Below are positions 36,006-47,483 of a stretch of DNA of 64,000 nt, one piece after another. Position 1 is the first letter of the stretch, and each line of letters starts with the position of its first letter. The stretch lies in the NCBI GenBank assembly GCA_001662655.1, contig KV460229.1; one strand, given 5' to 3'. The notes below the pieces were generated by a model. It did not search any database. It saw only the letters and a list, made by a program, of their open reading frames with translations, and was not told the DNA's origin. The position numbers were made by a program, and so were the translations under genes. This DNA is from Pseudogymnoascus verrucosus (Eukaryota).

Positions 36006-38541
36006 ATGGCTAACTAGCAACTGCCTACTCTAAAGCAGAACATAATAAGTTTTGTCACTAAATGAACAAGACATGCTCAACAGCTAAAGAAGCCTAAGCG
36101 CACTGCTAAGGACTACTAGGCTATAGGTTAAGAGCTCAACACTAAATCTTAGAAACCTAAGGATGCTAAAGCCATAAAGGAGAATGTCTAAGGCATATAG
36201 CGCAAGTAGACTAAGTAAGTTAACAATGTCCCCCTTAAGGCTCCTATCACTTACCTAAGATAAGGTTCTGCGCTTTTTAGGGTGTAGACAATGTGTAAGG
36301 AGCTATTTAACAATACAATAGGGGGGCAACTATATTGTTCCTATACTTTATCTGTAAGAATTGTAAAGTTAAGGCATTCAACTCTATCTACTAGTACCTA
36401 CTTTAGTTCAAATAACTCTACAATTAGATTAATAGGTGTTATATAGATACAAACAATATAAAAGAGGTGTTTAAGGTATACTCTTGTATTTAATGTTACT
36501 TATAGAAGATATAACACTAATGCTGTATATATAGTATCTAGATATAACCTTAGCAGATAAATTCAAACTTAAACAAATAATAAAGGCTAAACTAGTGTTA
36601 GGAGCAGATAATATCCTTCTTCTCCTTACTTACCTCTAGGCTTAGGATACCTCTATATTTCTAATTAAGGACTAACAGTTAGCACTTATAGGTGTAATAC
36701 TCCTTTCTATCTATACTAGTTGCTAACCTGCTAAACTAGTTAACACCTTAAAGTATGCATTTAAAAAGACTACCTCTTGTAAACGCCTATATATAGAAGT
36801 CTAGGATGCTGTTAATAAGTAGATAAAGATAAGTGTGTAGATAAGGGAGATAGATTAGATAAGCTGAATTATTAAGGGCAAGAGCTATAGGATAATGAAA
36901 ACAATACTAAATATAACAATAATTACTTTAACCCTAATACTGTAGAATGTAAATATAAGTGTCTATGCTATAAGGATATCTGTCTCTAAATTGTTTAGAA
37001 CCTTATATAGGGAAAACAAGACTTTATAGGAATAGAGATCACTTTCTCCTATTACAAAGGTGCTAATAGAAAACCAAAACTGTATGTCCCTCTATAATGC
37101 CTCTCTCTTATCCCAACTAACTTTATAACTTTAGTACAACTTTTCTCTTTTATAAAGAAGCTCTTCCTATACTTTGCTCTATTAGCTATGTCTTAGCTAT
37201 TGCAATAAAAGATAATGCAATTGAGGTTAAAGGCTTGTTGTAAGTAGAGCCTTTTTTTGCAAGTCATCTACAGCACCCTATTAAAGCTGTACTAATACAC
37301 TAAAGGCTAGAGATGCTTAAAAGGCCTATATTCTATTAGGCTGTATACATATGTAATATGTTCTATATATTAGAGTAGAAGGCTCTACACTACTTAACTT
37401 ACACTTACTACCTTAATTGTCTTAGCTAGGCAACTAGTTTTAAGTAGAAGTTAACAAGCTACTGTTTTTGTAGAGGCATAGGAAACACTGTTAATAGTAA
37501 ACTTCCTATTAATTATAATTTACTCTAACTAACAAGTGCATAGGGGCTGTAACAACAGCAGTTTGCAACTAGATACTAAGACATAATCCCTAGACTAGTG
37601 TCTTTTGTAGATTATACAACAATAAGAAAGTTAGGTTTATTATTTAAGATATAGTACTAGACTAGCCTACTAATTCTGGCTTTCTCTAGGCCTTTATACA
37701 TATAAGCCTCACTTATAATCCCTATGCACCTTAAATAGTGCCTAATAAGGTTTGCAATGCTCTCCTGCCTAATCTAGAGCTAGTGTAGCTTAAGCTTAAG
37801 CAGTAAGAGCTTTGCTTAGAACTTAAGCATTTATATAGACACATATTTATTTAGGGTTTAATTAGAACAGAAGCTAGTGAAGAATATTGTTAATTAAATA
37901 GACAGATTGCTATAGTAACAAAGATGCTTAAGTAAGAGCTTAAGAGGGAGTACTACTAGGACTACTTCTACTATATCTACAACAAAGAGCTTAAGAAGAT
38001 CATAAAGAAGGTTATAGTTATAGCGCTAATATATATTAAGCTAGTTGTTAAGCACTAGCTGCTAGAACAGACCTAGCTTTAAGAAATCATATGCAACCTC
38101 TTAAAGGATCTCAATCTATACAACATTGCTATATAATAGATCTATGCTATTAACACAATAGTTGCACTATCTTGTTGCTAAGAAGTCTAGTGTTATAAGT
38201 TGCAGCTAAGCAAATTGTCTTTAGCATCTTCTCTTAGAGAGTCCCCTTTGCTAAAGGAAGAATTGCCTGTTCCTGATATTTTCCCTCTTAAATGTAAGAA
38301 AACTCAGTGTATATTTTGTATTAGTAACAATTAACAGAGTTATAAAAGACAAATGCAGACCTTCTCTAAACCTAACAAGATAATGGACTATATTAAGAGG
38401 CATTTAGAAAGGAATACTATAGGGGCATTTAAATGCTGCTATCTAGTGTACAAGGCAGAAGGGGTAGTTCTGAACAAAGTTGTGCTTTTTAAGATTCACG
38501 TTAATGAGGTGCACAAGATTAAACTTAGAGATAAACTATAA
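36006..38541 (+). pseudogene. DUF3435 tyrosine recombinase (Starship captain-like), RIP-inactivated, multi-exon
   Basis: Read-through translation gives YTSC*PAKLV (~36712), KCLCYKDICL, SYCFCRGIGNTVN (~37460) and ILRHNP*TSVF..LY (~37575). C-terminus FPLKCKKTQCIFCI...IMDYIKRHL...FKIHVNEVHKIKLR matches the DUF3435 layout as I recall it. Confidence 0.85.
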
Positions 38542-40401
38542 CGTACATGTATAGCAAATGTGCAAAACAAGCGAATGTACAAAAATATCGCAACCACCCT
38601 ACCCCCTAACTAAACTCGATAATTCTACCACAACATAACATGCCTTTTAAAAATGACGAGAGAGAGTTGACCTTAGCTATCTAAGCTATTTAAAGAGACC
38701 CTATGCTACGCCTTTACGCTATAGCTAAGACCTATTCTATAGACTACTGCAAGCTTACTTGCCGTCTACATAGTATGCAACCACGACGTGATATTATAGC
38801 TAATTTACGAAAATTGTCAAACCTAGAGGAATCAGTCCTTGTTCAACACATACTTAACCTAGCTGCTAAAGGATTTCCTCTATAGATGTCTATTGTTAAA
38901 GATATAGCAAATCGACTACTTGCAACACGCAACGCGCCACGCGTTAGGTCGCGTTAGGCTTCAAACTTTGTAAAGCGCCACATAGAGCTCTAGACACGCT
39001 TCTAGCGCAAATACGACTACTAGAGGGCTAAGTGTGAAGACCTAGAAGTTATCTGTGGTTAGTTTAAGCTTGTATAGAATACAATTGCAAAGTATGGAAT
39101 TAACGATGTAGATATCTACAACTTTAATAAGACTAGGTTTATGATAGGTGTTATCTTAACTGCTATGGTTATAACAAGCTTAGATAGGCGGGCAAAAGCA
39201 AAGAAAGTACAGCCTAGTAATTAGGAATGGGTTATAGTAATCTAAGGCGTTAGTTCTCAAGGCTAGGCAGTACTGCCATTCATCGTTGTTACTAGTAAAA
39301 ACCACCTTGCATCTTAGTATAAGAATAGTGGATTTCTAAGCGATTAGGTAATTGCTGTTATAGAAAATGGCTAGACTATAAACGAGAGAGGCATGGATTG
39401 GATTCAGCATTTCAAGAAGCATATAAAGGCCTAGAGTGTTAGTAGTTATCGCCTCTTAGTCCTTAATGGTCATAAGAGCTACCATTTAGATAAGTTTAAG
39501 GAGTACTACAAGGAACACAACATTATAACTCTCTACATGCCTGCTCATTCTTCCTATATACTCTAACTGCTTGATATTAGCTGTTTTAGCCCTTTAAAAA
39601 AGGCTTACGGTCGGCAAATTGAAGATATAATATAAGCTTATATTTCTTACATTACTAAGGATGACTTCTTTCCTGCCTTCTACGCTGCATTTAACATTGT
39701 AATGATAGAAAGTAACATTTAAGGAGGCTTCTAAGGTGCTGGACTTCTTCCATTCAACCTAAATAGAGTGATCTCTACACTTAATCTTAAGTTAAAGACA
39801 CTAACACCTCTAAGCTCCTACCCTAGTACCGCTTAACCTTAGGTTTCCTAGACGCTAAACAACCTAATTAAAGCTATGTCACAGTCTACATTTATTAAAA
39901 CTCGGATTTCACACCATTAAAATAGCTCTCTAACCTTAATCTATGCAGCTATTGACTAGTTTACAAAGGGCGCATTGCAAATAATGCATTAATTAGCATT
40001 ATTAAAGGCAGAGAACCAAAACCTACGACAGGTAAATGAAGTACTAAGCAAGCGCTAGAGGGCAAAAAAAACACGCCTACGGCAAGGAGGATCACTTAGT
40101 TAACAGGATGCGTAGGATCTACAGGATGAGAGGGACGTTATGCAGTAAGTAGAGCAGGAAATAAGGGCAAGTGGTAGTTGTAAGCCGAGGGAAGAAACCT
40201 ATGCTCGTTGCTATGGAAAATGTAGTGGGACTAAGCATAATGCGCGCACTTATTAGATTAAAATAGACACGTCTAAGGAAGAGGTCTCTAAGTAGTTTTA
40301 ATTGATTTCTAGTGTTGTGGTAGATTTATTACAATTCATATAGGGTAGTTGCGATATTTTTGCACATTCGCTTGTTTTGCACATTCGCTATACATGTACG
40401 T
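38541..40401 (+). mobile_element. pogo/Fot1-family DNA transposon (1861 bp), RIP-mutated
   Basis: TIR ACGTACATGTATAGC(A/G)AATGTGCAAAACAAGCGAATG at both ends, TA TSD. Transposase relic from ATG 38640 (IYNFNKTRFMIG, LVLNGHKSY, C-terminal knuckle relic). Confidence 0.94.
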
Positions 40402-40447
40402 TATACATCTTGAACAACTAGATATTAAAAAATATATATATATATAT

Positions 40448-40566
40448 ATATACAATAGTAGGTATTCGCTAGTAGTCACCTACCTAACTACTAATCTACT
40501 GATCTTAAGGTTATGTATAGTAGAGCAGATAGGATGCCTAGTTCTCTTAAGTCTATAGTTGTATGT
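40448..40566 (-). rRNA. 5S rRNA gene, full length (119 nt), RIP-mutated
   Basis: The minus strand reads ACATACAACTATAGACTTAAGAGAACTAGGCATCC...TTAGTAGTTAGGTAGGTGACTACTAGCGAATACCTACTATTGTATAT. It is followed by (TA)n and a T6 run resembling a Pol III terminator. Confidence 0.9.
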
Positions 40567-41724
40567 AATAATTACTTGCGTATTAGGAGATATATGCTAC
40601 AGTGAGAACTGTAATCTAATACTGTTAAAAAGCACAGAAGGTAGCTGCTTATTCTCGACGGTTACCCTTCTTTCTAGTCCCTGTTCCGTCCTCGTAAATG
40701 TAATAGGCTGCCTTATCTTTCTCCCCTTTAACGAAAACGCTAATAACTTAAGCTTTGTCTGCCTTATTATATGAAGACTAATGGACTAGTAGCACCGAAC
40801 TCCTCTGCTTCCTATAGGTAGTAATGTCTGTCTCTTACAACGCGTGTAGGGCTTTCTAGAGAAGCAGATCTCTAGCGGCTACGTTAGGGTTAGTAGAGTT
40901 TCGTGTCCATCGCTTCTATGTAACAGAAGAAGTGGGAAGATTTTAGAGGAGGGTTATTACTTTGACTAGGAGACAAATTTAATTAGATGGATCTACCTAA
41001 AGACAAATGATTAAAGCCTTATTTAATAGGTGAGGTAGTTAACGTTAATGTGAAGTCGAACGATTAATAGTAAAGGAAGAAGTCTATGGAACCTTAAAGA
41101 TGGAATTAATTGTAAGGATGAGCGCTAGGACCACCTAAGGGTAACTCGTCTAAGGTCTTTATAGTATAGCTGGTAGCGTTCACTATGTCTAGTACACAAC
41201 TAGGCATGACCTAAATGTGCTACAGGTTTATTAGGGTTAGCATGTAGGTAGTAGCACTGCTCCTGTTATAGCACGCCTCCTATGCTACCATAAACAGGGT
41301 TCTTACTAAACTAACTAAATCTAGACAAGTTAGGCTATATACTCATGTCTCTTATATAAGCCACAGACGTTGCAGTACTTTTATATTTTACTGTATAGTG
41401 TTAGGCTTTATAGTTTACAGATCTCTTATAGTCAGAACAATTTTGCGCTTAAAATATATAAGTTAAAAATATCAAATAATACGCTACAACAAAACACAGT
41501 CGAGTTAAGGACAAAGGTTACTATGTGTACATGCTATAATCTAGCAAGACCTACAAGCAACTACTGTTATTAGTAAAGGTAGTAGATAGGAGGAATGATT
41601 AGTTTAGAGATAAATGTAGAACCTTTAAGAATTTATTTACGTGACATATAAAGCCTCTTAGTATACGAGGTAGAGGGCGGGGTTGGCAGGAACTATAGTG
41701 AAGAGGTAAAACTTTAATTATTTT

Positions 41725-44700
41725 TTAATAGCTTTATGATACCTTTATGGCTATAGTCTTAAGCTATAGATAGCAGCGATCTACTGTGCTTATCTATAGC
41801 GTCAACACTAATCCTAGGGGCAGCGAGAAGCTAGCCTACAACCCCCTCGTGCCCTTTAATTGCAGCCTACTAGAGTGGCGTCTAGCCTTCATTGTCTGCT
41901 GCATTAACGTTGATCCTAGGGGTAGCGAGTAGTAGGCCTACGACATTTCTAAGTCCTAAAAATGAAGCAAGACGGAGGTTATTATATGTGTTCTAGTTGT
42001 GCTGCGAATAGATTGAGTTTGCGAATGGACTAGTTGACCTACGAGCTAACTAGTCTACCTATGAATATTGTAGTTTGCAAACGGACTAGTCTGCCTACGA
42101 ATTATAGAAGTAGCGGTGTAGGAATATAGCAGTGTAGAAATAGAAACCTCAATTCCTTTGCTTTACTCTCTCTTTTATTATATCAACTGTTAATAATGGA
42201 TAATACTATTGCTTCTATTAATCCATTTCCTAATGATGTGTGCACTGCTTTCTAAGCCTATATCTAAAGCGAAGATAGAAGCCAAACTAGAAACTAGGAG
42301 CGGATTACACCTATAAAGCAGTAACGGATATACACTTTCCTCAACTCTCTACATATAAAGGCAATAGATGCTATTAATGCTCGACTTAAGCACTATGCTC
42401 TTATAGAGTTCTATATTACTTAGGATAAACTCTACTAGAATAGCAACACTACATATAAGGCATGCTATGTAGTTTAAGAGAGTGAAGCATTTAATCTTAT
42501 TATTAATAAGCACCTACAACTTCTACATGTAGGCTGAGATAAAGTATAGGCAACAGTTTAACAGAAATACTACGGTATTAATAAGCATAAGGTTGCTTTT
42601 ATTCTTAAGTAGTGTAAGAACTACACTCTTAATTAACTAAATACAACAAAGCTCCATTAGTCCCTATTATAAGTGGAAGAGCGTGGGAGAGGGTTTAAAT
42701 TAACCTAATTAATATGCACCATAAGCCTTTAGGGCAGTATAAATGGATTCTTTATATAAAGGATCACTTCTCGAAATATACACAGCTATACCCATTGAAA
42801 AGCAAGCATGTAGGGCCTATTGTAGACTGCTTTGCTCTCTTTATTACAGCGTTCTTACCTCCTAAGATTATGTAAGCTAATAATGGGAAGGAATTCAAGG
42901 GGGCTCTACTAATTCTACTATGGAAGTATAGAATATAGGTAGTAAATAGAGCACTACAATCACTGCAAACGCAAGGCCTAGTTAAGTAGGCAAATGGGGT
43001 TGTTAAAGCAAAGCTATAGGCATGGAAAATGGATTATAGGTCTATAGAATGGAAGGATAGGCTACTAGAAGTTATGCTTGTAATGAATACCTAAATCCAC
43101 TCTACAATTAGGTGTGCGCTAGCTAAGCTTCTATTCTGAGACAGGAGCTCTTATATTAACTAGCTTAATAGCTAGGCCTAGAAGGATCTCTTAATTAGAG
43201 TTAAGTAGGAAGACCTAATGATGGCACTAATATTTAAGAGTAAGCTCTAGTCTAAGCTTGAGTCGGAAGCTCTAATCGACCCATAGCTCTAGCAAGAGCT
43301 AGAGCTCAAGCTTAATTCTAAGCTCTAGGCTCAACCTAGAACTCGAGCTAGAGCGTAGGCTAGAGTCCACCTACACTAAGCCCCTAAGCTCAGCTCTGGC
43401 TCTAAGCTTAAGCTAGAGTGAGAGCTCGATTCTAGGCTCTAATCTCAAGCTAGAACTTAAGCTAGAGCTAGGCTTAGAACTTAAGCTTGAGCTTAGGCTA
43501 GAGTCTAGCTTAGAGCTAGACTTAAGCTTAGGGGCTTAGTAGAGCTAGGCTCTAGTTTAAGCTCTAGCTCGAGCCTAGAGCTTAGAATTAAGCTCTCTAG
43601 CTCTAGGCTTAATTCTAAGCCTAGATCTAGCCCTAAGCTTAGGCTCGAAATAGAGCTTAATTCCGAGCTTAATTCCAAGCTCAATTCTGAGCTCTGTCGT
43701 CGAGCTCCTACTTGAGCTCAAGAATTAGAGCTCGAGCCCCTAAGCCTATAATTGAGCTCTCTAGCTCGAGGCTCAATTCTGAGCCCAGCTCTAAGCTCGA
43801 GCTAGAGCTAGAGCAAGAGCTTAATTCCGAGCTCTAGCGTTAGACCTAGGCTTAAGTGCCAGCTTAGCCTAGGACTAAGCTTTAGGCTACACCTAACCCT
43901 GTAATTAAGAGAGCTATAGCAGCTACTTAAAGAGCAAGGGTTTCTATGATATGTAAGTACACTAAGAAGCATAATATCTAGCACTTTAAGGTTAGAGCTA
44001 TAGTCTCTATTAAGGTTCCTTAAGAGGATAGAACCTCAACTAATAATAAGAGGCTATTTGCACGAATTCTAGAGGAGCCTTATCCTTATAGATATTAGGT
44101 TCTTACATACTCTAGTATTATACAACGCCTTATCCCTACAAAATCACTTAGAGTTGTAGAGCAAGCTCTATGGTCTAATATCATTATTCCTACTTCTACA
44201 AAGCAAGTAACGCTAGGGCTTATAGCTAGAGAGGCTTCTATAAGCGCATAGGTTAGAATATCATGCTAATGTAAAGGGCAGTGTAGTACAAAGCGCTGCT
44301 ATTGCTATAAGGAAGCTAAGGAGTGTAGTGTACACTACTATAACGATGATTATAACTGTAGTAATTTATTAGGTCTAGCTACTTATATAGAAATAGCTCT
44401 AGTTAAGAGGCCTCGTTAGAAACGAGCATAGGTAGACACAGTAGGAAACGTAGCTATATAGATTAATTAATTACTTCTATAATATAATACAATTCGTAGG
44501 CAGACTAGTCCGTTCGCAAACTACAATATTTGTAGGTAGACTAGTTGGCTCGTAGGTTAACTAGTCCATTTGTAAACTTAATCTATTCACAGCACAACTA
44601 GAACATATGTATTAACACGGACCCTATACCTAGTATTTTGACAAAATACTAGCTTCTAGCCTATGTATCTGTTAGCTTGAACATTACAGAGTTTAAAGCC

Positions 44701-44968
44701 TAAACTTATTAAGGGATGGCCATCTAGAATCACAGCAGTTTAGAGATGAAGCGCCTAGTTATCTGCTAAGTACTCGAAGAATTCATATCTAGAGACAAGC
44801 TAGTAGATTTCCTCTTATTCTAGAGATGAACTGTTAAGCTCTTCTAGCTGTAGGAACCACATACAAATGGAAGCAAGGAGGAAGCTTGAGTCTTGCATAG
44901 ACAGTGAATTCTTCTAAATCCCGTTAGAAGAACAACTAAGTGCTGATTGATTACAATCTTCTTGTGTT
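41725..44968 (-). pseudogene. C-terminal part of a NACHT-ankyrin (fungal NLR-like) gene, interrupted by a Ginger element and 5'-truncated at a pogo junction
   Basis: Ankyrin repeats LRLASFLGLRNVVGLLL..INVNAADNEG*TPL**AAIKGHEGVV at 41725-41980. Upstream segment *KNSLSMQDSSFLLASICMW...FFEYLADN*ALH at 44612-44968 resembles the post-NACHT linker. Confidence 0.65.
41987..44607 (+). mobile_element. Ginger2/TDD-like DNA transposon with retroviral-type integrase, RIP-mutated
   Basis: ~115-bp TIRs starting TGTGTTCTAGTTGTGC. 4-bp flanks TATA/TGTA are compatible with a RIP-altered TSD. Integrase relic IKDHFSKY...ANNGKEF...QTQGLVK*AN, His/Cys zinc motif upstream and Cys-rich C-terminus C*CKGQCSTKRCYC. 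No RT and no LTRs. Confidence 0.8.
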
Positions 44969-45717
44969 ATTAATGATGAACGGCGGGAGTGCCCATCTGT
45001 ACGAATTAACACCTTAGATAATTGACACCTACTCTCTATTCCCTAGCTGTATAATCTTCAGACAACTCTTTGCTTCTAAGCTTGTAAATACCTTTGCAGT
45101 AGCAATAACTCCTATTGCAAAACCTACTTCATTAAAGTTGTAGATATCCTGCTCTAAGATTCTGTATTTTGCAACTATGTTTCGTATAAGGGAGAATTAC
45201 CCTTTAATTATCGTTAGATCTTTACATTTTGCATGTTTATAATTGTACTTCTGACTAAACTTTGCTTTGATTTCTATACGACGCTTTATGAAGTTGGTAG
45301 TCTAGTTTATCCTAACAGGGCTCCTACCCTGTTTAGAAAGTAGGAGGTCGGCCATTTCTTGTACACCTTATGGCTGGGGTGGAAATCCACGTGAATCTAG
45401 GTTGAGAATATACTGAACAAGAGCTGACTCTTCATACGGAGTCAACTTGTGTAAATTAGGGGTAGTGTTGCGTTAAGAAGGCATTCCGTTCATTCGATGA
45501 AAAGCGATGAATAAGGCACATCATATGATATAGCAGCAGCCCGGATACTTTTAATATGCCCTTGTTTAATAGCTTCAATAGCTAAAATAATCCTACCCTC
45601 TTAATTAGAGGATAGCGCTTTATGTACTGGTGGCATTGTTCATTATAGGTAGTAGACGCGTTATTGGTGTTTTTGTGACCGACTCGCTTGTGTAACCGAC
45701 TCGCTTATGAAATACGT
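44969..45717 (-). mobile_element. Truncated pogo/Fot1 transposon (5' end only)
   Basis: TIR ACGTATTTCATAAGCGAGTCGGTTACACAAGCGAGTCGG on the minus strand next to TA. Transposase N-terminus through IYNFNEVGFAI to WALPPFII, then an abrupt junction. Confidence 0.85.
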
Positions 45718-45911
45718 TATACGTAGGTTATTTTATATGAAACCATGTTTACAATGATTGGAATTTTTATATTAGGTTTGCTAGTCTGTATCAATCGTGC
45801 TATCATAATTATAGCACTTTGTCCTTGTATAATACTCCATGGTGTAAGGTGCAGTATCTGGTAAATTCTCGGTATATAACTACATATTTACTCTGCCAGT
45901 TACCATTCCGC

Positions 45912-47483
45912 TTATAAAGTATACTTGTAATCAGGATGATGATCGCCCAACGCCTCCCTCTGCTCTTCCAATGGCAGGTGTGCAACATCGTTTAGTAAGT
46001 GCTCCCTATGGCTCACCTTCTCTCGGTTCAGAGATTTAAGCCAAACCAGGTTTGCAGCTAGCAATACTACCGTCACTACGCAGAAAGACAGGTTGAGCTT
46101 TGCCGCAAACGCGTAGTGTGGAGCGTCTTTCTTAGGATATATCCATGTGCTGAGAATGCCGCCTGCGTTAGTCATGATGAAGCTGAGAGCGACTGCCGTG
46201 GCGCGCCGCATATGGGAGGCTGAGTTGTTGGGGATCCAGGATATCATAGATGGTGCAGAGGAATATACTCCAATAATCAGGAAGCACAGCGCCGTATACT
46301 TTTGTCTAAAGCTTTTAGCAGTTAAGAAGAGCGCAAAGCCGATAATAGCGACTAGTGTGGTGGTTATTGCAGTTAGGCCTCGCTGTTGGTAGTGATCTGC
46401 CGTATAAGCCAAGATCATCGTAACGATGAAAGCCAAGACGAAAGGAGGTACGGTAAGAAGCTGCGTATTGGTTGGGTTGAAATTGAGAGTCTGAACGATG
46501 GTAGGCGTGAAGTATGCTAGGCCAAAGAGACTGTAACCATTGCAGAAGAGGGCGATCACGTTTATCCACACATGTAGGTCTTTGAAAGTAGAAAGTAAAG
46601 ATTTCCACGAGAACTTTGCCCCCTCGACAGAGTTTGCATCGAGAGTAAGTCGGTAATCGCAGTGGTCAGCCTGTGCCTTCGTGAAAGTCTTCACACCTTG
46701 TGGATTGTTTGGCATGGCCCAGAAACACAGGGATGCGAAACAGACGGTAAAGAGTCCTTCTAGGAGGAAAATCCACTGCCATCCGTGCATGTTGCCAATG
46801 CCATCCATTTGCTGAATAGCGGCGGTAAGGAGACTAGAGAAGGCGCCAGAGAGAGCAGCGGCGGAGAAAAAGAGGGCAATCCTAACTTGCAGCTCATGAG
46901 GCCGGTAGAAGCCAGATAGATAGAGGACAATGCCTGGAAATAGGCCACCTTCGCAGAGACCGAGGAAGAAGCGACATGCAAGAAGGCCTGAGTACGTCTT
47001 TATCTGGGATTGAAGGGTCGTCACAATACCCCATGCTAGCACCATCCCTGGAAGCATTATCCGCGGTCCAATCTTTTTGAGGACGAGATTTGACGGTAAC
47101 TCAGCCGCAATATATGGCACGTAGGTAACGGTGATGGCTGAAAAGGGGGTTAGTCCCTGAAACTTTCCATATATCTTTCTTGGGAGACAAAGGGGGGGCT
47201 TACCAATTTGATACTGGGTATCGGAGATGCCGAGATCCTTCTGGAGGCCAGCAACTCGAGCGTTTCCAATATTTGCTCGATCTAAAAACGCCAATAAATA
47301 CATCGAGGCCAGAAGAGGAACCAGCAGAATATCCAGCCTAAACAATGTTTTCTTATCAAATGAAGGGTCAAAATAGTGGCTCAGACCCTCCTCAGTCTTG
47401 GAGTTTGGCAGAGCACTTTCGTTGCGAGCCATCTCTAGTTGGTCTATGTCCATCTTACCGTTCGTAGTATCGGCGATTGTCAT
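45912..47483 (-). CDS. MFS transporter, ACS/Dal5-Tna1 family; 66-nt in-frame intron 47138-47203
   Basis: LAFLDRANIGNA, ELPSNLVLKK, LGLCEGGLFPG, GWQWIFLLEG and C-terminal DHHPDYKYTL. ORF is open. Confidence 0.88.
   Translation of the reverse strand: MTIADTTNGKMDIDQLEMARNESALPNSKTEEGLSHYFDPSFDKKTLFRLDILLVPLLASMYLLAFLDRANIGNARVAGLQKDLGISDTQYQIGKPPLCLPRKIYGKFQGLTPFSAITVTYVPYIAAELPSNLVLKKIGPRIMLPGMVLAWGIVTTLQSQIKTYSGLLACRFFLGLCEGGLFPGIVLYLSGFYRPHELQVRIALFFSAAALSGAFSSLLTAAIQQMDGIGNMHGWQWIFLLEGLFTVCFASLCFWAMPNNPQGVKTFTKAQADHCDYRLTLDANSVEGAKFSWKSLLSTFKDLHVWINVIALFCNGYSLFGLAYFTPTIVQTLNFNPTNTQLLTVPPFVLAFIVTMILAYTADHYQQRGLTAITTTLVAIIGFALFLTAKSFRQKYTALCFLIIGVYSSAPSMISWIPNNSASHMRRATAVALSFIMTNAGGILSTWIYPKKDAPHYAFAAKLNLSFCVVTVVLLAANLVWLKSLNREKVSHREHLLNDVAHLPLEEQREALGDHHPDYKYTL

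Noticed and set aside
47138..47203. 22-aa insertion in the 523-aa MFS ORF
   Set aside because: It is a canonical 66-nt GT-AG intron with a CTAAC branch point that happens to be in frame.
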